This document shows, piece by piece, positions 26,801 to 39,283 of a stretch of DNA of 64,000 nucleotides. The DNA comes from Trichoplax adhaerens. Its lineage: Eukaryota > Animalia > Placozoa. Positions within the stretch are counted from its first letter, which is position 1. Each line of letters starts with the position of its first letter. A model generated the notes under the pieces. It did no database searches and was not told the DNA's origin. It worked only from the letters and a program-made list of their open reading frames with translations. Location of the stretch: NCBI RefSeq assembly GCF_000150275.1, contig NW_002060959.1, forward strand, positions 742,371 to 806,370, in the 5' to 3' direction. A program made the translations under genes and the position numbers.

Positions 26801-27750
26801 TCAAATCTTGGTTACTGACGAGAATGGAGCTTGGCTAGTTTGCGTATTAAAAGTAGCATTGCTGCCTTCTTCTTCGCTAACAGTTATATTGGGATTATTT
26901 GAAGATGACGACGTGGACGAATCATAGTCGCCGAGAGCACTACTGCCGTTCAAATTATTTAAAGTTACCCTTTTCTCTTTGGCTCCTAAATAGAATGATA
27001 AATCGGTTGTATATGTGAGATAGACAAAATGTCTGATTATTCAGTACGTCTTTCATAAAAATCGATTGTTAATCTCTATTCTAAAGTAGTAAACCGTTCT
27101 CAACCGTCAGGATTAATAGTATTCTTCAACAGACATACAACACTAAGAAGCTGTGATTGCTTAAATAAAAGAAACTTTAAAGTGATAAAGATAATGATTT
27201 ATTTGTATTAAACTGTATGTCATCGTTAGTAAAGTTCTTTCAATCTAACTGCTTATCATATAGACTAATATCTAAGTAATGCAAATAATTATCTCTTAAA
27301 TAGCTCGAAACGATGATCTATTGTATATCTAGTCTAGATAAAAAGTACTTTACTACTTTGTAGCCCTTATTACTTAACCATTTAAGGCATGACAAGACGC
27401 TTTATGCTGCCAATGTAACAAACTACAATGCTCTGATAACTTACGGACTGCTAACAAATGGATCACTATCAAAAATTTTGATTAGCTATTCTTATAAGTC
27501 AGTATAGATTGCTATTATCATTAATATGTGGTTGAATATGTCAACCGGTAATTTTACTCACGTTTATTTTGAAACCATGTGCTAACTTGTTTGCTAGATA
27601 CATTAATTTTACTAGCAATAGCGATACCCCTTTTGCCAGGACAATATGGATTGAGCGTGAATTCATGGCCTAAAGCATTCAGTTGATCAGGCGTAAAACT
27701 AATCCGACGCAGCTTGGAGCCATAACGGCGCCGACCTGACCTTCTTTTTC
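26801..27750 (-). CDS. Divergent ANTP/NKL-like homeobox gene: homeobox exon and last exon
   Basis: Exon 27750-27562 (acceptor catgtAG, donor C|gtgagt) joins exon 26985-26801 (acceptor tatttAG, TGA stop) in frame. Homeodomain: SKLRRISFTPDQLNALGHEFTLNPYCPGKRGIAIASKINVSSKQVSTWFQNKRAKEKRVT, with R5, F8, L16, F20, Y25, W48, F49, Q50, N51, R53. Confidence 0.88.
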
Positions 27751-30700
27751 CTACATGAGAATGATGTAAAATAATGCCTAATATTAATATTGTCTTCTTT
27801 CTTAGTAAATGTTGCAATGTCTAGAGCCAAGGCTAGAAATCAACGCAATGTAGATCTTTCAAGAAAAAATGTAAAACACATTGCACACTGAAGAATTAAG
27901 AACGTTCTTTATCAAAATCGCCCTTACTAGTAACTCAACTGCCGGAGAAAATTCTAGTTTGTATTAACTGAATAAAGATTGGTTGGAGGTCAAGATCAAT
28001 CAGCTAAACAAATTTTAAAAGTGTGTCAAATCTTCATCGATAATACTTCAAGTCTTTTCCTTGTCATTTATAATACTGAACTTAAAACACTTTAATTGCA
28101 TTATTCTGAGATTTTGAAAACTAATGATCATTGTAATCAATTTAATCAAACTGCATACATGTAACTATGCAGCGATAACGCATACAATTTAACAAAAAAT
28201 AAGAGTAAACTACTAGCGTTTTGCAATTCAAACTAGAAAGGTGTTTCACTCAGTAAGGGAAAAAATTTAAGCATTCGATAAAACTTAATAATGGTTAACG
28301 GGAAATAATGGAGTTAGATAATGAACCTGAACTGTTTGTCTGTTCATATATCAAGGCCCCAAATCTATATTCATAAGGCTTTTATCTCGTAAAATGCCAG
28401 TGCATTGAACCAAATTTGTAAAACTTTAGTATGAATTCGGTAAATTAGTATTAACAGTTCAGGATAAATCTAATTTGCATACGTCAGACATTTTTCAAGT
28501 CAAATCAGAGCGCTCTCTAACTTTTTACCATACTAAACGTGTCAATCTCAATGACTAAAAAGATCTTCATACTATATACGTAGACGAGCAATCTTTCAAT
28601 AATTTGGCAATGCCTAATCAATATATTTGCAATAGTTCAATTTTGTCATTTGAAATAATTGCATGATAATAACATCTGTAAACGTCTACCATCAGATATT
28701 TCTACAATCCATTCTACTATCCATATCGAATTATATTGTAACTGTACTGTTTGCATCCTATTTAACAAAACAATATCTATATTTAGCCTAAAGTAATACC
28801 ACTTACTAGGAAGAAATTCAAGTTAATTTACAGGCAATAATGTTAACTTCAATCGACTCTAATGGAAATATATCAAAAATTGCTGACGTATCCCTACAGC
28901 CTATAGTAGTACATTACAAGACGTAATTGGTGAAATTGTTATGGAAGTTGTTGGAATATATCTGATCTATTTTATTGCAGTAATCCGTCAATGTTTTGAT
29001 GTAAATACCAATGATCTAAATTATTTTTTTCGTTAGTGAAAAAATAAAGGCGAAAATTTAACTCAACCAAAGATAAAATCATGATAAAATGTGGGTTTGA
29101 TATCGTTTTTAATAAGTAGAAGGTAATCTTGATGGACAGAATTTTCAGCGATACGAACGAAAAGTATGCTTGCGAATACATCGCTAAGCGTAATGTTGAT
29201 TAAGACATTTTGTACTCTACAGGAAATAATCGTCTTATTGCATTCATCAGACCCATGTTACCCATCGGAGTAAATAAGCACATTAAAGTACTCTTTAAGG
29301 TACTCCATAAACAGCCAATTTAATAGGGTATTAAAACGGATCTTTCCTGTTTCTCTGTTATTTAATGATTATATCATATTCGTAAATCAAAACTTTTCAA
29401 TCAATACATAGTGAAATATTGAGTAAACAACCTTATGCCAATATAATTGGATAGCTGAATTATACCAATATTTATGTCCTTATAAATATTTTCGACTTTT
29501 AAAGAGTGTATATTTATTAATAAGATTGGTCAGTAAAATTCAATAGACGGCTGTCAATAAGAGATAATTTAAAATTACTAATATTCTACCAACTATCACT
29601 CTGTGCAAACTTGTCTTAGATTTCAAATTTAGAAATGTCCTAGAGCTTGGTAATACCGTATCCCTAATTAAGGTAGCTCTATCTATTTATATATGCTTAT
29701 CAGAATAGGCTTTAGTAACACGTCAGCATCGCTCTCACACTAATGGATTCTACCTTATATTTATAGTTGATGATTGTTCAATCCAAATAGATGAATTTTT
29801 TTATCCATTAATACTTCTGGATAATTCAATATTTTGATATATTATAGTTTATTATTTCAAAATGGATGTATATCCAATGCTATCTATGGCACAGATTTAT
29901 ACTAATACAAATATAGTCAATTTTCAACTTTCGGATAAAATAAAAATTAATGGCAAGTTGTTTAAGCTTAAAATGACTTTTTCTCTGGATTATTTTTCTT
30001 TGACACATACAATGATTTAGTCAACCCAACTTGCCTCCACTACTAACAGAAGGAAGAGTAGAAGAGTAGAAATTAGATTTTTCGGATTATCAAAGGGAGA
30101 AAAATTTTTGCAAAATGAACTAAAAACATGCTAGGATGTGATTTGAAAATGACCAAGGTCTTAATTTAGGGTAGTACAGCTAATTTCTATATCATTGCTG
30201 TATCAAATAGCATGGTCATAAAAAGAAACGTAAATAGCATCAAAATGCTGGGAAACTAAAACTCTATAGTTTTAAAGTTAGTAACAGTCAATTTCATCAA
30301 TTATATTGATATTGCCCGATAATATTAAATTCTACTAACTTGACAATTAAAACTATCATTGCCAAGTCAGCAGCAATTAATAGTAACATCACGAATAGTC
30401 ACTAAATAAAATTACCCATCATTGAATCTTCCCAATTTAATACATTAATTGTCATGTCATAATTAGGATATACTGAACAGGCAGCATGATTCCTTCATAC
30501 TGTTTTGTTCAGAATAAACTACCTAATTACCTTAAACTACGATACTTTATTACAAAGCAAAGCAGTGAACTAATTTTATCAATTAATTATCTATAGTTGT
30601 TATCGCAGTACCAATTTTAAGAGCACCATTATTACTTCTCATTTGTAAATTATGTCTCTTACCAATCAAAGATTCACTATCATCTTTTCAAAAACCCAGT

Positions 30701-30934
30701 AATTTAAATTTTTGGTGAAAGTTATAAGCACTGTTCGTAATCTAGCATTGATTTGAAACCGTCTCTATTTTAAAATGAAATATTTTTTCGGATTCCAGTG
30801 ATTCTAGAAGCTGTTAAGCTCCCAAATTCTCAACAAATAAAAATAAGCATTCCCTTCAATTATTTCATCTGTTATTTGATTAAATGCAATTGATTTTAGC
30901 GTCATTAGGAATGCACTACTAACTAGTCGAAATA

Positions 30935-31261
30935 TTAATTTGCTGATTGAGATACAGTATCTTCTTGCAGATTGAATTGATTGTCAATTTGCTGATAGCA
31001 TGATTGCGGTGGTTGTGGCTGCAGTTGGCTTAATTCGTTATGATTTAGCATTAAATTAGCCGGCGTATTAGTTGAAGGCGTCGAAATAGGCAAATGTGGT
31101 CGATAATAATAATAATAGAATGGCGACGATGGATATGATGGATAGTATTGCGATGGAAAGACGGGAGGGGGTACAGTGTTGGGATAATATGAATTAGGTT
31201 GTGGACAATGAACAATCGGAAAAACTAAGCGTTGATGTTGCAATGAACTATCGTCATCCAT
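30935..31261 (-). CDS. Pro/Tyr/Gln-rich probable first coding exon of the divergent homeobox gene
   Basis: ATG-initiated 108-codon ORF with activation-domain-like composition (PPPVFPSQYYPSYPSSPFYYYYYRP), on the same strand 3.2 kb upstream of the homeobox exon. The only evident donor (ACT|gtatct) is phase 0 while the homeobox acceptor is phase 1, so the junction is unresolved. Confidence 0.6.
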   Translation of the reverse strand: MDDDSSLQHQRLVFPIVHCPQPNSYYPNTVPPPVFPSQYYPSYPSSPFYYYYYRPHLPISTPSTNTPANLMLNHNELSQLQPQPPQSCYQQIDNQFNLQEDTVSQSAN

Positions 31262-34200
31262 TTCAATTTAAGATTCGTATTCGATGATAAAGTAGCAAGA
31301 AGTATTAATACAACCAAAGGAATGATGCTCTAACGGAAAAAATTGTAGTCAGGTAAATTTTGTACTCGAGGCGTACGATAGGACTAACAACTACCTGGAA
31401 CTGAAATTAATTTAGTAGAAGTAGCGATTATAAAGTAGAGTCAATTTGTTTTTATTACAATTTGTACGATTGCATCAAAAGATGAATAGTATGAAAATAA
31501 TAATCAACAAGAATGGATAAAAATTTCTTTCTCTAAATGCTTTAAATAACAACAGTATAATAATCAACAGCCTTAGTATCCAATTAAGGTTGAATATTGT
31601 CTACAACGGTGCTTATATAGCTATGTATAAACAATTAAAATTCTAATTTACCTTATAAGCAAATACACATCTAAGTGACCCCTGCTGCTATCACATACGA
31701 CCACCTAATTAAGAATAATTGAAAAAATTAAATATTCAATCAATGGAATTAGATCGAATGTAATTAGTTATGAAACTATAGTCTGAAAATTATAATTAGA
31801 ATATAAGCAATTATTGGATATCATAAAAGATCAATGCATTATTATATTATTCTCACCTATATTGGATGATAATTAATGATTGCGATATGCTACAATTTAT
31901 CGTCCATACCGGTACTTGTTATTTTTTTCTCACTACCAAAGTAATTCCGAGTTGCATCTTCGATATCAATCACAACCAATATGTCTATATATTGAATTGG
32001 GTTAAATTAAGATAATGGTGAATGGAAACATGTCGATAATTGAGTCAAAATAATAAATAATTTAGAATCAGCTAGATTAATTAGGAGTGAATATATCAAA
32101 AACATAAAACTAATGATAATCAATAATAGACTTAAAAATGCGGATGGAAGATATTAGTTATGAAGCAATTTTTATTTTTTCTCAATTTTCTTGATATTGA
32201 GTGGTTATGCCAAGCTCTTTCCTCCTCTAATCTGTAAATTTGAAATGCTATCAATTTAAGCTAGAAGAAATTTTTGCAGTGATATATAGCCAAATGATAA
32301 TATAAAAGATGACTCAGTTATAAACCATTGCTGTTGTCTAATTTAATGTAAGAAAATTCAAATAAAAATGATATAGAATATATTCCTTTATTGCAAATAG
32401 GCTTCATACATTAATCCTTTTAGTCTGAATCAGTATCTGGTCTGTTGCCGTTATTGTTGACAACCATAAATTCTCACATTTGTCCTTCTAAAATATGCTT
32501 GGTTTACATAACAAATGAGAATGGATAGAAAATACCGTAATAGGAGCAATTCTTTAGAATTCTATAGCATCTCCCAAAATAAATTAACTGTTAATTTAGG
32601 ACTTGAATATTCAATTCAAACGATAAGTTGAATGATGTAATTGATGACACAAATCCTATTTCTATTATCCAATTATTTGCAATTACTTCTGATATAATAC
32701 TAATTTAGATTAATGTCATTCTATGTTGTGTATTAATCTAGCCGTCAGTACACCTTATTTTAGCAGTGGTGACTTATTTTTATTTGGCGTAGTCATTGAT
32801 GTCATCATGGATATGAACAACATGAGCGAGTTTTTTTATCGAAGGTTGCCACTATGCTAAATCAATTAGTAAAGTATATTGTTGAAGATAAAGGTTTGGT
32901 ACTTTAATGGGGATAATTTTAGATTATCTCAATTTATCCTCGAAATAACAAATACATATTTAATTTCTCTATTATTTTTCAATGAGTCATACGATATTCG
33001 ATAGCGCTTACAATCACCTAATTAATCCAATTTATGTAATCCTTCCAATATCTACAAATTAAATATATCAAATCACATTCTATTAGTTTTTAATTCGATT
33101 CTAATGTGAACGACGTTGACATTTCTCATTGACGTTTCAAATATTAAGGACAATATTTTAATGAACTCGTACTAAAGTAAAACACTTTTTAAAAAGATGA
33201 TAGCAACTAAAAATGACATTTTAGGAAATCTTCACTGTTTTTATTCAGTTCTGCTTTCTATCGGCTTCCTAAAGATATAACATTTAGCTCCTTTAGTTAT
33301 TATTTATCTGAAACGATGGACGATATTTGAACCTATTTTTCTATATCTTTTAACAGCTATATGAAGCAGCGATTTCCTCAGCGGTGAAATAAACATATTT
33401 ATTGAATCGGGTACAGTTGATATGTATTTTCATATTATTGTCTTATACGGCTATAAAAAAACGCTTATCTTACTATCTTATCTTGTTTAATACTATCTTA
33501 TCTACAATATTGGCATTCTCTTAAACAATAATAACAATGGCAATAATAGCAAATATCAATGACGTTAATAAGGGCAGGAGAAAATGACAGTCCGCTTTAA
33601 CTGATGTAGATAAACAAAATCTTCATCGCATGCGCAGCCTAATTGGTAATTTCTTACGCAATCTCTGTTAAGAATGGAATTCTGGTTATATAATCATGCT
33701 GAACCCATCTGCTTAAATCCATTTGGTATGATCTATTTGTTAAAAATTACGTTCAAAAAGTAACTGAAGACAAAGATTAGTCATGTAGAATAGAATTGAC
33801 GATGAATAACTTTGTGAATTGGCTGAGCGATTGGGCATTGTGATGACATCAATTCTAGCGTTGTTCACAGGCTCTCGCTGAGTGTGAGAGTAGTTAATGA
33901 AGGGCAGATGTTGACACCAAGGCCTTACTATTTGCGGTAGTGGATTGATAATGTATGGCATAGAAGGACCAGATCGGTGAATTTAATCTCAGTAGTCACG
34001 ATCAAGAAACAATAGAAAGGTTATTAATTATTTCCATAGTCACATTAAACACATGAGTAACGTTTGAAAGGTAGATTCAGGTTGGGAAGGAATACTGGTG
34101 AAAAATAGTCTATCGTCTTACCAAAATGAAAACTTTTACTCTCTCAATTACATTAATCCTTACTCAAGCGCAAATACAACGTTATCAATGTATACGTATT

Positions 34201-35991
34201 GTTCTCTAATTGATTGAATTTGGTTAGTAAATAACAGCTGATTCCGTTTGTAATTTCAAAATAAATCACAATGTTTCCCTTGAAAAGATACTTGAGACAA
34301 GATTTTAGTTAGACAATGGATATCAGCTCATTAATCTATAACAATTAAAAGTCAATAGATAAGTAAAAATAGATTATGTGACCATTCTTTAATGCAGGAC
34401 CCATTTAAAATAATGTTTTACTGTGTAAAATTATTGGCAAAGAAATCTGGCTGATTGAAGATCAATTAGATTATTTGGTTGCAAATTGGATTATTACTGA
34501 TTCAATTGATGATAAACGCCTATGCTTTGATACAATGATTATTATTGGTAGTTAGCGCTCGAATGATAGTCTCTGCAATCAGATACTTATAAATGGTGTC
34601 AACTAGAATTGACAATTAATACCACGCGATTAAATGGGTATGGTGTACATTTATATGAATGATTTTTCAATTTAATGGATCTCAATACCCTTGCTTACTC
34701 ATTAGTGTTATCTAGGCTTCGCTAAATTGGCAATCTACGTCAATCTTTATAAATTTGATTCATGTAATGAAATGCTAGCAGAGAATTCATAATTAAAATT
34801 CAATTTTCTTGCTCTATTGATGGAAATCAAAAGATAAAATATGAGCGATCTACGATAGTCGTAATCTCACCATTACCTTAATTCTTGATAATTTCAAAAT
34901 AGAAATAAACATCATAGTCCAATCAATGACATAATTGCTTCATGATTACATAACATCAATAATTAATACTTTAAAATGGTTTACTTTGATCGTCAATATA
35001 GTTTGATTTTGTAAATCTTGCAAATTTGTAATAAAGAAATAACTCTGAAACATTCTCTAACCAATCCGTTTATATTTAAAAATATTCGATCAAATGAAAT
35101 CTATTCGTCAAATTGTCAATGTAAGTCTAAACTTAAAAATTTTTTCAAGTTAAGACAACTTCCTATTCCAATATTTTCACTAATATCTATCATTTTAAAC
35201 CTTTCATGGCCGATTTCTTTCTGGATCATAAAATTTCTAACAAATTTAGAGCTCATGCTGTAAAATATACTCGTAATGACATTTTGTCGATCTCTATCAT
35301 AATCATGACAACCGTAGGACTACAATATTGTTTATTGAATTAATAAATACTTAAATTGCGTAGTGGCAATGATCGTATCTTAGTCAAATTAAATAAGTGA
35401 TGTCAAATTAAGATGATTCAATCATTTCAAGATATTTATTGTGCTAATAATTATGATTCACAACTATATCGCCTTTACTATTAATGTTTTATCGAAAATT
35501 GCTATAGCAACTTCGAAATGCAATCGCTTTTCTATCACAACCAATAATAACTTCGAATCTTTATTTAAAGAATTTGATAGAACATAAACGTTAATCAGAG
35601 GTTATACAATTAAAGATGTAAGATTTAATTTAATCAATTCGTATATGGATAAAGTTTATATTATTACTGAGAATTTTCGCTATCAGTCTTATAAAAACTA
35701 CATTAGATATAATAAATATTCGTAAATATTGGACTGGTAATTAGTTAGAAAGTAGACAATTTATCGTAATATTAAGCAGATGTGAGGTATCATCTTAATC
35801 TCTATATTAATGACAATTTGTCAAAGTGATCTTTGTTGATGATTGCAAAACAACTGCAAGGAATTGTTTAAATTAACTTACTGCAGTAACTGCATTGAAT
35901 GACTTCTAAGCTGATATAAATTTAAATCGATACAGATTTATATTTATTATGCGACAATTTTAACTAAATTACTTCAACATCAGCATCATCT

Positions 35992-36309
35992 TGTTACGAT
36001 GCGTAAGCTCGTCTTAAGTATTATTCCTTTTTAGTTAGTTAGTCGGTTGGATAGTCAACTAGTTTTCAATTGATATTTAATTGTAAAGACTATAATCTTG
36101 GGTGCCAAGATTCCTTCAGTAATAAATGATAGTAAATCTCTGACTATCTCGTCTACATCATCTGTGACGCTATAATTATACCATAATATTCGGTCGTTGG
36201 AACTGAATTATTTGATGATATAGCTAATCTCGCCTCTTTAAGTTAGTAAGTGGCGTTCTCCGCAAGGATTGGCGTGTGTAGACTACTTTGTCACTAGTGG
36301 TGTGTGACA
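35992..36309 (+). mobile_element. Candidate solo LTR, third family (318 bp)
   Basis: TGTTAC...GTGACA termini; near-perfect flanks CATCT/TATCT; 3' end TTGTCACTAGTGGTGTGTGACA resembles the terminal hairpin of the other LTRs. No second copy in the window. Confidence 0.45.
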
Positions 36310-36954
36310 TATCTACACGCATTAAATGAAGGCTAAAGCTATCCAATTTCTGTATTAATAGGTCTATATTTTGCGTGCGTTTAGTTCGAAACAGTTTAGG
36401 CAATTTCCACTGATAAACGAATAACATATACAGCACGCATCGTACTGTATTTCTGCGATAGCTATAACCTAATTTTTGTTATTGAAAAGAAAAACTAACT
36501 AGGATAAATCAAGATTTTGAGTAAATTTTGAGATAGAAAACTCAATACCAATAAAATAAGTTATTACACATATCTGTGCAAGTTTCAGCGACGCAATTTG
36601 AATCGATAAGGATCCCATATCAAGCTGTGATAGAGTAAACAAATTCATGCGACCATGCGGTTAGTAAATTTAAGTGTGAGATCATGAAGTACCAGTATTG
36701 ACGTAAATGCGAATTACGTACTATATCTGAAAAGCTATAAATATTTTCAAATTTGTCAAAATATCAGCATTATGAATAAACGGTGAGATAAAGCCAATCT
36801 ATATTATCACTTAATTACTATTTTTTCGTGATAAAACTGATATTAAAATTTAGGATTTCTGACACTTGGTCAATAATGAATAAAATATAGGATCTAATGA
36901 TGGAATATTCACTGAATTTATTTAATATCAAACCATGAATTAATATTGTGTTAC

Positions 36955-37603
36955 TGTTACAGTGTTTTATACTGTATTACAGCAGAAATACCTATGTTAG
37001 GATAATTCTGTTAGCCTATCCTTATTTAGTTAACTTCTAATTTGGATATGCAGTGTTTTAATATAGTACTGACTTTTTATGACAGTGACACTTATACTGT
37101 ACACATACTGAAACTGATAGACTATCAATGATAGTTATAATAGGGAATGCAAATCATCTACTTACAGTTCGAATCATTGTGGTTGTAATTTACTTATGGT
37201 AGATTGTAAATTATAATGGAAGTGTTCCGTGATAGGACATATCGTAATTTGGCTATTCTGTATTAGTCTTTACATGTCTATGTTCGTAAATACTGTTGTC
37301 TGCATTAACGGAGCAGTAGCTAAAATTAATATCTAATTCAGTAAATGATTCCGAGGTTAATTGTATTAACTATGACTCATGAACTATTAAGGAATAGTAT
37401 ATAAATGCAGTATATCGTGAAATAAAGAGAATTCTCAAACTTAGTGTTTTACGTAAAATACGAGGCGTCTAAGTCTTTGTGTAGTCTGCTAGTAGAGCAA
37501 AAGTGTTTGTGATAGTGCAGATATCGTTCCTTGATACCTGGTTTAAGGAATTGACTTATTGATCGTACATTACGTTATCTTGTTGCAAAGCTGTTTTGTG
37601 ACA
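36955..37603 (+). mobile_element. Solo LTR, family 1, copy b (649 bp)
   Basis: TGTTAC...GTGACA with TSD GTTAC on both sides. TGACTCA at 37373, TATATAAA near 37398, then AATAAA. Confidence 0.9.
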
Positions 37604-37976
37604 GTTACACTGTTTTATAATATCGCTAACGTAGTCCATAATTTTTATAGAAAAGTTATGCAAAAGGTTATAAGCATAGATATAAGTTAACAGTTTAAAT
37701 TGCCAAAAACATTACTGCTACTAAATTACACATATTTTAGAAGGTTTCTAGTTTTGCCTCTGAAGAAAATTAGCAGTTTTGGGCTTCTCATCCATAAAAT
37801 ATCGGATTTTATAAATCCTTATCGAAATAGAAGCTACAAGCATATTTAATAATAGCGTATTACTAAGTCTGTTTCTGCATTGCATCCAAATGCAAGCCTA
37901 TTCTCTAGGATATGCACTTGATTAGTTGAAAATAGTAAAACTAATGCTGAAGGTGTTCGGGAACGCTGTACACTTG

Positions 37977-38606
37977 TGTGACAGTGTTATATACTGTATT
38001 AGAGTAGAAATATCTATGTTAGGATAATTCTGTTAGCCTATCCTTATTTAGTTAACTTCTAATTTGGATATACTGTGTTTTAATATAGCACTGACTTTTT
38101 ATGACAGAGACACATAAACACATACTGAAATTAATAGTTATAATAGGGAATGCAAATCATCTACTTACAGTTCGAATCATTGTGATTGTAACGTACTTAT
38201 GGTAGATTGTAAATTATGGTGAAAGTGTTGCGTGATAGGACATATCGTAATCTGACTATTCTGTATTAGTCATCAGATGTCTATATTCGTAAATACTGTT
38301 GTCTGCATTAAGGGAGTAGTAGCTAAAATTGATATCTAATTCAGTGAATGATTCCAAAGTTAACCGTACTAACTATGACTCATGAACTATTAAGAAAGAG
38401 TATATAAATGCAGTATATCATATAATAAAGTCGATTCTTAAACTTAGTGTTTAACTTAAAGTACGAGGCATCTAAGTCTTTATGCAGTCTACTAGTGGAG
38501 CAAAAGTGTTTCTGATAGTGCAGATATCGTTCCTTGATACTTGGTTCAAGGAATTGACTTATTGATCGTACATTACGTTATCTTGTTGCAAAGCTGTTTT
38601 GTGACA
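37977..38606 (+). mobile_element. Solo LTR, family 1, copy c (630 bp)
   Basis: TGTGAC...GTGACA with TSD ACTTG on both sides; colinear with copy b. Confidence 0.9.
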
Positions 38607-38788
38607 ACTTGATACATTTATGATAGCCTACATAAAGTTTCTCTTTAATTGTCCATGTTGTCGAACTATTTGTGAATTTGCAAAGTGTAAGCCAAGCAAC
38701 TTGTGTTTTAGATATAATTCAGAAGTGAATTAGTTTAGATCTCAAACCTATTTGTGCAGCCCTTGCTGAACTTAGGCTGACAGCTAGG

Positions 38789-39283
38789 TGTCAGGGTAAA
38801 ACTATCGTGAAGAATGAAAAGACGAAAATATAGCGAATTAAACGATTATAAATGGTGATTACAATTACTTACAGTAGGAATCGCTGTAGTTACAATTTAT
38901 TAAAGTAAATTTTCAATTGTACCGTAATAAACATTTTTGTATTTTGACAATAATAAGACTATACGAAAGCAATATTGGAAATTTAATTTATCTTACACAA
39001 CTAGAATCAGTCAACGGATGTCTAGTATTATAAGTATTTCTGTATTAATTGAGCTATTAGGTAAGACTTACTTATTAGAGTCTCAAGATGATCGTCAATG
39101 TTAGCTGCTGCTGACGGGTATATAAGCTTGGCAGATAGTTGAGTGAAATCAATTTTCTTATTGGGTATCATAGAAGCAGAGGCCTCCAGGTTCTTGGGTG
39201 TAGTTGAGGGATACTGAATCCCAGAGATTTTACAAATTTGGAGATTTGTTTTACATAGCTTGTTATAAAGCTGTTTTATGATA
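38789..39283 (+). mobile_element. Solo LTR, family 2-related diverged copy (495 bp)
   Basis: TGTCAG...ATGATA with TSD CTAGG on both sides. Its 3' half (AATGTTAGCTGCTG..GGGTATATAAGC..CAGATAGTTGA..GGGATACTGAATCC..GAGATTTGTTTTAC) matches the 42610 and 49649 copies. Confidence 0.82.

Noticed and set aside
28918-28966. Possible 49-nt middle exon of the orphan homeobox gene
   Set aside because: Splicing it to the homeobox exon creates an in-frame TGA.
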